NCBI GenBank assembly: GCA_042850255.1
Contig: AP031373.1
Coordinates: forward strand, 330,001-362,000
Reading direction: 5' to 3'
Length of the DNA stretch: 32,000 nucleotides
DNA from: Nanobdellota archaeon
Lineage (GTDB): Archaea; Nanobdellota; Nanobdellia; Nanobdellales; Nanobdellaceae
Shown here: positions 26,116-32,000 of the stretch, piece after piece
How positions within the stretch are numbered: position 1 is the stretch's first letter
Layout of the letters: the number at the start of each line of letters is the position of its first letter
Notes under the pieces: model-generated
The model's database searches: none
What the model was told of the DNA's origin: nothing
The model's input: only the letters and a program-made list of their open reading frames with translations
Position numbers and translations under genes: made by a program

Positions 26116-27405
26116 CTATTCTGTAAGTGGTCCTCTTCTATACTTCTTAGATCTTTCTGAATCTATACTATTGTTTCTCATTACTAAATATCCCAATGCT
26201 CCTGCGATTGTTCCACCTATAACAGATTTATCAATATATTTACCAATATTTCCTAATGAAGATGCTGACTTATCACTATTGATACTTTTATGAGATGCTT
26301 GATAATGTGGTAATTGATTAGATTGTCCCAGTATATATTGGACAACACCAGGACCATCTCCTTGTGCAGGAGCTATTACTACCTGATTAATAGATTTATA
26401 TATGTCGTATTGTGTATAATTATTGGAATATGTGGTTACACTATATCCTAATGGTGATGTAATAGGATACACTCCATATTGCCCAGGATTTAAAATACTA
26501 GTATTTCCTAAGAAATAACCTGCTGTTTTTACTGAATTTAAAGCTGCATTTTGTAGACTTTGGCTATTGAAATTTAATACTACTGATTTTCCTGTTTGAT
26601 TTATATATTGGAATCCCCATAAACCATATGGTAATCCATATACACTATATCCTGTTGTAAATACTTCTGGTACTGTTTTATTTAAAGCATATGAAAGGAA
26701 TTTCATTACATTTTGTTGAGATCCTACTACATAGAATACCGATGCATTTGGTCCCAACTGTATTGTACTATTTCCTTGGTAGAATATGCATGAATTTGTG
26801 ATATTCTTTGTTGTAGGTATGTACATTGCCATATATATTAATTTCTCTAATGAGGAATTACTAAATATTGATTGGAATTGTCCTGTTACTGGATTAAAGA
26901 ATGTTGTAAAGTTATAATTTCCTTCTATTTTTAATGTTTTTCCATTATACAGATCTTTTGCATAAATTATTGCATCATTTCCAGCTTTAGTTACATTTAT
27001 TACCTTTAATGGTACAAGTGTAGAATTTGTTCCAAATACATATAATTCTGATTGATTTATCTGCTTTATTGGTGAAGGAGCTGTTGTGGTTGTATTGCTT
27101 GAGGTGCTTTTAGTGGTACTTGTGCTTGTTGAAGAACTAGAAGTATATGTAGTAGTTGTGGTTGAAGAACTTGTAGTGCTACTAGTAGTTGAAGTATTAT
27201 ATTTTGTTATGGTGGTTGTTGGTCCTGGTTTAACTATTGTTGTCTTTTGTATTATAGTTTGCGTTTGAGTACTTTTATGGCTAGCGCTATATAAAGCTAT
27301 TCCGGCTCCTGCAGCTACACCTGCTAGTGTTATCAAAGCTCCTAGTACTACTCCTTTAAGAGACTCTCCCTTATTTTTACCATTTCCATTATTGTTAGAG
27401 CTCAT
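26116..27405 (-). CDS. Surface protein with N-terminal and C-terminal hydrophobic helices and a Ser/Thr-rich stalk
   Basis: The N-terminus is MSSNNNGNGKNKGESLK followed by GVVLGALITLAGVAAGAGIALY. A Ser/Thr tract TTTITKYNTSTTSSTTSSSTTTTTYTSSSSTSTSTTKSTSSNTTTT maps to about nt 27082-27222. A sequon-rich domain follows. The C-terminal helix SVIGGTIAGALGYLVM is followed by a basic tail (RSKKYRRG). Confidence 0.8.
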   Translation of the reverse strand: MSSNNNGNGKNKGESLKGVVLGALITLAGVAAGAGIALYSASHKSTQTQTIIQKTTIVKPGPTTTITKYNTSTTSSTTSSSTTTTTYTSSSSTSTSTTKSTSSNTTTTAPSPIKQINQSELYVFGTNSTLVPLKVINVTKAGNDAIIYAKDLYNGKTLKIEGNYNFTTFFNPVTGQFQSIFSNSSLEKLIYMAMYIPTTKNITNSCIFYQGNSTIQLGPNASVFYVVGSQQNVMKFLSYALNKTVPEVFTTGYSVYGLPYGLWGFQYINQTGKSVVLNFNSQSLQNAALNSVKTAGYFLGNTSILNPGQYGVYPITSPLGYSVTTYSNNYTQYDIYKSINQVVIAPAQGDGPGVVQYILGQSNQLPHYQASHKSINSDKSASSLGNIGKYIDKSVIGGTIAGALGYLVMRNNSIDSERSKKYRRGPLTE

Positions 27406-27523
27406 AAAAGATAGTTATTAAAAAGCCTTAAAAATTTACTTTAGAGTGGTAATATATTATATTACTTATAAGTAATAACTAATATACTCTTTATTTAAAT
27501 TTTATTAAATATAAGATATTAAT

Positions 27524-27606
27524 GCGGCGGTGCCCGAGTGGTCAAAGGGGGTCGGTTTAGGTCCGATTGGAGAGATCCGTCGGGGGTTCGAATCCCTCCC
27601 GCCGCA
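27524..27606 (+). tRNA. tRNA-Leu, anticodon UAG; class II with long variable arm; no encoded CCA
   Basis: Hand fold: acceptor GCGGCGG/CCGCCGC, D stem CCC/GGG, anticodon stem GTCGG/CCGAT and loop TTTAGGT (U33, UAG, G37). The 14-nt variable arm contains a GGA/TCC stem. The T arm is GGGGG-TTCGAAT-CCCTC and the discriminator is A. It is a GC-rich island in AT-rich surroundings. Confidence 0.9.
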
Positions 27607-27792
27607 GTAATCACTTATCCATTGATACATAGATTTAGATATATTTATAAATATATTTGAAAAACTTTATATATTTAATATATAAATATTTCTAATAGTA
27701 AAACTTATATTTATCAAAAGCGTATAATATATACCAGAATTTTGAAATAAAACATTTGAGCTTATTATATATGCTTTTGGAATTTATAAATA

Positions 27793-28476
27793 TTACTGTA
27801 AAATATCTTTGATTTCCTTAGATGCTTCTTCTAAATCTTTTATAGTATCAATAGATCTCCAATATATATTTTCAAATTTTACTCCTTTTAATAATCCTTC
27901 TTTTGCTAGTATTGGAAAAGTTTCTTTCTCTATATCCCCAATTTCTGGTAAATAATCAAATATTTTATTAGAAAATAAATAAACTCCAGCATTTATCCAA
28001 TAATCTTTTAATATTGGTTTTTCCTTAAATTCTACAATTTTTTCATCTTGAGTTATTACAACCCCATAACTAGATCTTAAAGGAACTAAAGATACTACTC
28101 CAATATAATTATCTAATGATAATTTTGATATATTTAGATTTGTTATTATATCTCCATTTATCATCAAAAATTTTTCTTCATCCTTTAATATATTTTCTAT
28201 TTTTTTCAAAGCTCCACCAGTTCCTAGTGGTTTATTTTCTATAGAAAAATAAAATTTAACTCCCAATCTTTCTTCATTTTCTTTACACCAATCTATTAAT
28301 TTTTCCCATCTATATCCAGCAAGTATTATTATATCCTTTATATTATAATTCTTTAACCAATTTATTTGAATTTCTAATATAGTTTTTCCATTTATTTCAA
28401 CTAAATTTTTTGGTTTATCTTCTGTAAAAGGTCTAAGCCTTTTCCCATATCCACCAGCTAATATAACGGTTTTCAT
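27793..28476 (-). CDS. Sugar-phosphate nucleotidyltransferase (NTP_transferase family)
   Basis: The N-terminal [22 protein letters not shown] fits the GGxGxRLxPxT motif. The 227 aa length matches short archaeal glucose/mannose-1-phosphate nucleotidyltransferases. Confidence 0.8.
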   Translation of the reverse strand: MKTVILAGGYGKRLRPFTEDKPKNLVEINGKTILEIQINWLKNYNIKDIIILAGYRWEKLIDWCKENEERLGVKFYFSIENKPLGTGGALKKIENILKDEEKFLMINGDIITNLNISKLSLDNYIGVVSLVPLRSSYGVVITQDEKIVEFKEKPILKDYWINAGVYLFSNKIFDYLPEIGDIEKETFPILAKEGLLKGVKFENIYWRSIDTIKDLEEASKEIKDILQ

Positions 28477-28505
28477 ATTATCTTATTGTTTATTGTATTT
28501 AAAAT

Positions 28506-28580
28506 TGGACCCGCGGGGATTTGAACCCCGGACCTCCCGGACCGCAACCGGGAATTCTATCCATGCTGAACTACGGGTCC
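28506..28580 (-). tRNA. tRNA-Arg, anticodon GCG; no intron; no encoded CCA
   Basis: The reverse complement folds by hand as follows. The acceptor is GGACCCG/CGGGTCC and the D arm is GTTC-AGCATGGATA-GAAT. The anticodon stem is CCCGG/CCGGG with loop TTGCGGT. The variable region is AGGTC, the T arm is CGGGG-TTCAAAT-CCCCG and the discriminator is A. Total length is 75 nt. Confidence 0.9.
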
Positions 28581-28582
28581 TT

Positions 28583-28638
28583 CTTTCAGACTCTGCTCCT
28601 TTCATCATGCATCAGAGGCACACAAGCTCATCATAAAT
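28583..28638 (-). ncRNA. C/D box sRNA (2'-O-methylation guide) with both C/D and C'/D' motifs and two 12-nt guides
   Basis: The minus strand reads AUGAUGA (C, 28628-28634), GCUUGUGUGCCU (12 nt), CUGA (D', 28612-28615) and UGC. It continues AUGAUGA (C', 28602-28608), AAGGAGCAGAGU (12 nt), CUGA (D, 28586-28589) and AAGAA. tRNA-Arg nucleotide +1 (28580) follows directly. It has canonical archaeal geometry and markedly higher G+C than the surroundings. Confidence 0.85.
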
Positions 28639-28664
28639 ATTTTTTGTATTTTAATTTATAGAAA

Positions 28665-29147
28665 TTATTTAATATTTGGTAATATTAATTCTCCATATTT
28701 TTTATATTTTCCATTAATATAAAATATTCCAGATAAAAAAGATAAATAAGCGTCATAAATATCTTTATATAAAAATATTTTTCTGAAATAATCATATTTT
28801 AATTTTAGTATTTTTTCTACTGCCCTAGGAAATGTTTCAAACATTTTTATATCCTTATTAATTTCTAATAATTTATTTTTTAAATAATTAGCTCTTTCAT
28901 ATAATTCCTTCATAGATTCTAGAGACAATGGTAAGGGTTTAAATCCTTCTTTATATAATAATTTTTCTTCAATTCTATAAGGATATTGATAAGATAAAGG
29001 AGCATCTATAAATATATATTTAAAATTTTTCATCAAACTTATTATTTCCTCATTTTTATATAATATACCAAATTTTGGCTCTTTATCTATATAAAAATAT
29101 CCTGTTCTCCTATTTTCTTTCGCAGATAAATCTATTCCTAATATCAT
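28665..29147 (-). CDS. Predicted RNase H-fold protein (DUF429-like); assignment tentative
   Basis: MILGIDLSAKENRRTGYFYID...YIFIDAPLS...FETFPRA resembles the GIDxx...tG...iDaPL...E.yP pattern of DUF429/COG2410-type proteins. An ATGA overlap joins it to upstream trmY. Confidence 0.4.
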   Translation of the reverse strand: MILGIDLSAKENRRTGYFYIDKEPKFGILYKNEEIISLMKNFKYIFIDAPLSYQYPYRIEEKLLYKEGFKPLPLSLESMKELYERANYLKNKLLEINKDIKMFETFPRAVEKILKLKYDYFRKIFLYKDIYDAYLSFLSGIFYINGKYKKYGELILPNIK

Positions 29148-29752
29148 TTATATAAAAATTTTTCAGAAGTATCCCAATAATCCTTATAATAATTTAATTT
29201 ATCTAGATAATAATTTAATATTGTTATTACTTGAGATGAAAAATAATTTATATCTCCCAATGATAATTTTATTACTTTATCATCTATTTTCTTTTTTATA
29301 TCTTTTGGTATTCCTAAAAAATCTCCTATAATAAATACAGGATTTTCTATTTTTATATTATCTATATTTTCTCCTTCTTTATCTAATAGATATATATTTT
29401 TATCTTTATATTCATCCAATAAATCAAATATATCTTTTTTATCTACATATATTCCTGGAAAAGGATTTTTAATACCTTTTTTATTAAATTTTATTAAAGA
29501 AGAAGATAATAATGTTTCTATATCTTTTTTTGACCATGGAGTTTCTATATTTGATTCTATTCTAATTAGTCTTGGAGGAAAAGGTTTTCCCATTAATAAT
29601 AGATCAAATCTTATATTTTTTCTTAAACCATTTGAAATAAAAAATGCATGAATGATAGAATTTACTACAATATCTAACCTACCAGAATAATATATATTAC
29701 TGAATTTTCCATCAGTTCTGACTGTATTTGAATAAAAAATAAATATCCTCAT
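29144..29752 (-). CDS. trmY: tRNA (pseudouridine54-N1)-methyltransferase TrmY (SPOUT, DUF358)
   Basis: MRIFIF...SGRLDIVVNSIIHAFFISNGLRKNIRFDLLLMGKPFPPRLIRI and ENPVFIIGDFLGIP...LSLGDINYFSSQVITILNYYLD are collinear with my recollection of the Methanocaldococcus TrmY sequence. Confidence 0.75.
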   Translation of the reverse strand: MRIFIFYSNTVRTDGKFSNIYYSGRLDIVVNSIIHAFFISNGLRKNIRFDLLLMGKPFPPRLIRIESNIETPWSKKDIETLLSSSLIKFNKKGIKNPFPGIYVDKKDIFDLLDEYKDKNIYLLDKEGENIDNIKIENPVFIIGDFLGIPKDIKKKIDDKVIKLSLGDINYFSSQVITILNYYLDKLNYYKDYWDTSEKFLYK

Positions 29753-29802
29753 ATATTATATAATTTTCAATCTATTTAAATATCAAAGGATAAGCATATG
29801 AT

Positions 29803-30387
29803 ATGATAATATTGGTAGCTGGGGTACCTGGGGTTGGAAAAACATCTGTTATAAATGAAAGTAAAAAATATATGAAATACGATTTTAAGGTAATAAGTGT
29901 AGGAGATATAATATTTGAATTGGCAAAAGAAAAATATAATATAAGTGATAGGGACGAAATAAGAAAAAAGTTATCTGTAGAACAACAAGAGGAATTACAA
30001 TTAGAAGCTATGAGAAAAATAAAAGAGATGGAAAAAGAAGGAGATTTAATATTAGATACCCATTTAGTTATAGAATCTTATGCTGGATATATACCAGGAA
30101 TAATTAGAAAATTTGCAGAAATATTAAAACCGGATGGAATTGCAATAATAGTATCGGATCCAGATAAAATATTTGTAAGAAGGTTAAGGGATATATCAAT
30201 AAGAGGAAGAGATATTGAAGAATTAAATAAAATAGAAATACAACAAAATTTAACAATATATTTTACAACAATATTTATGTTTGAATATCATACAACAGTT
30301 CAGATAATAGAAAATCAAGAAGGATTGTTGGATGAAGCTGCAAAAAAATTTGCAGATTTTGTAAATAAATTAAAAGAAAGTAAATGA
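29803..30387 (+). CDS. adkA: Adenylate kinase, archaeal type
   Basis: The P-loop is VAGVPGVGKTS. Further matches are DRDEIRKKL, LILDTHLVIESYAGYIPG and RRLRD..IRGRD. The 194 aa length fits archaeal AdkA. Confidence 0.8.
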   Translation: MIILVAGVPGVGKTSVINESKKYMKYDFKVISVGDIIFELAKEKYNISDRDEIRKKLSVEQQEELQLEAMRKIKEMEKEGDLILDTHLVIESYAGYIPGIIRKFAEILKPDGIAIIVSDPDKIFVRRLRDISIRGRDIEELNKIEIQQNLTIYFTTIFMFEYHTTVQIIENQEGLLDEAAKKFADFVNKLKESK

Positions 30388-32000
30388 AAAAATATATATT
30401 AATTTTATTTTTATTATTAGGATTAAAATATATTTATTCTCAAAATTTATTTGGATATCCAATTATTCCTGCTCCGTCAAGTTTTTTTAATTTGACATAT
30501 ATAAATCTAAATATAAATTCTTCTAATATTAATAGTGCAATTTCCTCTTATTTTGCTTCTGCTCTTATTACTGCATTATTGGGAGTTTATAATATTGAAT
30601 ATGTATTATCAGATAATCAAGTATCTACCCCTATATCTTTAAATCAAGCAGAATATCTATATTTTTATTATAATTTCCCCTTACCAGTAGAATTTTGTAT
30701 AGTAAATTCTTCTAATCCTCCAGCTCTACCTACTAATGTTAGTTGTTTATATAACTATACATCTACAAGTTTATTTAATTATATTTATTTAAATCCAGGA
30801 AATTATTCTTTAATTATATATAATGGTAATTCTATTCCAATATATGGATTTTTTTATTATTACACAGAAGATACATCAAATTATCCTATGTTTTTACCAT
30901 ATGGAATTTCAGATTTTGGTATAGCTTTATTTAATGATTCAGATGTATATTTCTATTCTTATAATACTACAGAATTTATAGGAGAAGTAAATGTAAATAA
31001 TTTACAGTTAAGTAATTTATATTGTAATACAAATGGTTTAACATTCCAATTAAATACAATATTACTTGTCAATACAACTAATGAATCACAATATTATTTT
31101 TTACAAAATGTTTTAGAATTAAATCTTTCTTCAAATACATATTTTTTTGCAGATAATATATGGAATTTTACATATCCTTCTTATAGTTTAACACAAGGTT
31201 CTATTCAAGGTAATGGAAAAATATCTCAATATAATAATACATACTTTTATGGTTATGTAGATAATCAGATATATAATTTAAACTATCCATTAACAGTTTA
31301 TTTAGTAACTAATATTACAGAAAATAATAATTATCCAGAAGTACAATTTGGTTATAGTCTTGATGGGGAAAATATTATATGGTACGATAATGTAACTATA
31401 GAAGTACCTAGTAATAGTTATTATATGGTTGTTTCTCCAGTATTAATTTTTTTGGGAGGATTTGGAGAAGCATCTTTAATAATTGGTGGTCCTGGATTTG
31501 GAACTTGTTCTTATATAAATAACGCAAATCTAAACTTATCCCTTTATTTTTTATATAATTATAACAATATACAGGCAATTTCTCCTATAGAATATTTTTT
31601 TAATTATGGTTTACTTACTGAAGAGACATCTTCTAATATATTTCCTGAACAATATGAATACTATTTAACATATTATTCTGGTCAACCTATATTATCCTTT
31701 TTTTCTTATACTACAACAAGTCAAAATTATTATAATGTTACTATAATATATCCAAATGGTACAGAAATCTCTAATATTTATCCGGCAAATTATGAATTAA
31801 ATATTACATTTCCGCAATATATAAATATATCTAATTATTCTATAGAGAATTTATCTTCTATAATAATAAATGGGCAACCTTATTATAATAATCCAATAGA
31901 AATATCTGTAAATAATAATTTAACTATAGTTCCAAATTATACTTTGGAATATTTATTGCAGATAAATAGCCCATATGCTTATATATTAAATGGTAATATA
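30384..32000 (+). CDS. Thermopsin-family (peptidase A5-like) secreted protein, 3' end outside the window; not in the supplied ORF track
   Basis: Manual translation stays open from ATG 30384 to the window end (539 codons). It has a Sec-type signal, MKKYILILFLLLGLKYIYS-QN. Matches to my recollection of Sulfolobus thermopsin follow. YGISDFGIALFN corresponds to GIASFGLYNY. LTFQLNTILLVNTTNESQYYFLQNV corresponds to LQFNIVLSVNT...YAYWLQDV. YFFADNIWNFT corresponds to TFIDNVWNLT. IIGGPGFGT corresponds to WGGGGNGAPT. An ATGA overlap joins it to the adkA stop. Confidence 0.75.
   Translation, partial: MKKYILILFLLLGLKYIYSQNLFGYPIIPAPSSFFNLTYINLNINSSNINSAISSYFASALITALLGVYNIEYVLSDNQVSTPISLNQAEYLYFYYNFPLPVEFCIVNSSNPPALPTNVSCLYNYTSTSLFNYIYLNPGNYSLIIYNGNSIPIYGFFYYYTEDTSNYPMFLPYGISDFGIALFNDSDVYFYSYNTTEFIGEVNVNNLQLSNLYCNTNGLTFQLNTILLVNTTNESQYYFLQNVLELNLSSNTYFFADNIWNFTYPSYSLTQGSIQGNGKISQYNNTYFYGYVDNQIYNLNYPLTVYLVTNITENNNYPEVQFGYSLDGENIIWYDNVTIEVPSNSYYMVVSPVLIFLGGFGEASLIIGGPGFGTCSYINNANLNLSLYFLYNYNNIQAISPIEYFFNYGLLTEETSSNIFPEQYEYYLTYYSGQPILSFFSYTTTSQNYYNVTIIYPNGTEISNIYPANYELNITFPQYINISNYSIENLSSIIINGQPYYNNPIEISVNNNLTIVPNYTLEYLLQINSPYAYILNGNI

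Noticed and set aside
27086-27268. Plus-strand 60-aa ORF rich in Val/Leu/Glu
   Set aside because: It is simply the antisense reading of the Ser/Thr-rich tract of the surface protein gene at 26116..27405.
27607-27792. 186-nt intergenic region with ATATATTTA/TAAATATAT-type imperfect palindromes as a possible ncRNA or repeat element
   Set aside because: It has no G+C-rich structured core, unlike the tRNAs and the sRNA, and no C/D or H/ACA boxes. The palindromic look is expected from AT-only low-complexity sequence.
28639-28672. TATA/BRE promoter call for the C/D sRNA-tRNA-Arg unit (for example TATAAATT, the reverse complement of 28653-28660)
   Set aside because: The candidate TATA is centred only about 20-25 nt from the C box. 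The whole region is so AT-rich that several equally good TATA-like strings exist, so the sequence alone does not support a call.
1-32000. CRISPR arrays, IS elements/transposases, integrases, rRNA genes
   Set aside because: I found no regularly spaced direct repeats, no inverted terminal repeats flanking an ORF and no transposase- or integrase-like ORF. I also saw no long G+C-rich rRNA-like stretch on either strand.

Overview
Very AT-rich, gene-dense archaeal sequence, well under 30% G+C by eye. Many start/stop overlaps point to a small, compact genome. The mix of informational genes, class V FBP aldolase/phosphatase and a thermopsin-like protein fits a nanoarchaeote/DPANN-like thermoacidophile symbiont, but that is inference only. 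Recognisable housekeeping genes are rpoF, DUF655, L21e, taw3, archaeal dnaG, fbp, stalk protein P1, alaS, an ABC-2 transporter pair, a sugar nucleotidyltransferase, trmY and adkA. RNA genes are tRNA-Leu(UAG), tRNA-Arg(GCG) and a canonical C/D box sRNA lying 5 nt upstream of tRNA-Arg. The left end holds two paralogous COG1373-type AAA+ ATPases with mosaic near-identical blocks. They flank a decayed RelE/ParE toxin and an orphan ORF. The main item is a roughly 10.4 kb island (6252-16620), preceded by a VKOR-family thiol oxidoreductase gene. It has eleven co-directional, mostly translationally coupled genes plus one opposite-strand gene. Two of the eleven are micro-ORFs absent from the ORF track. 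All eleven products begin with a short polar N-terminus and a 20-25 residue hydrophobic helix (prepilin-like or signal-anchor). Most continue into Asn/Tyr/Cys-rich, sequon-dense regions with no domain I can recognise. I propose it as a candidate surface filament or host-contact module. No assembly ATPase, platform protein or prepilin peptidase is present in the window. A thermopsin-family ORF runs off the right edge and is also missing from the ORF track. No CRISPR array, IS element or rRNA was seen.
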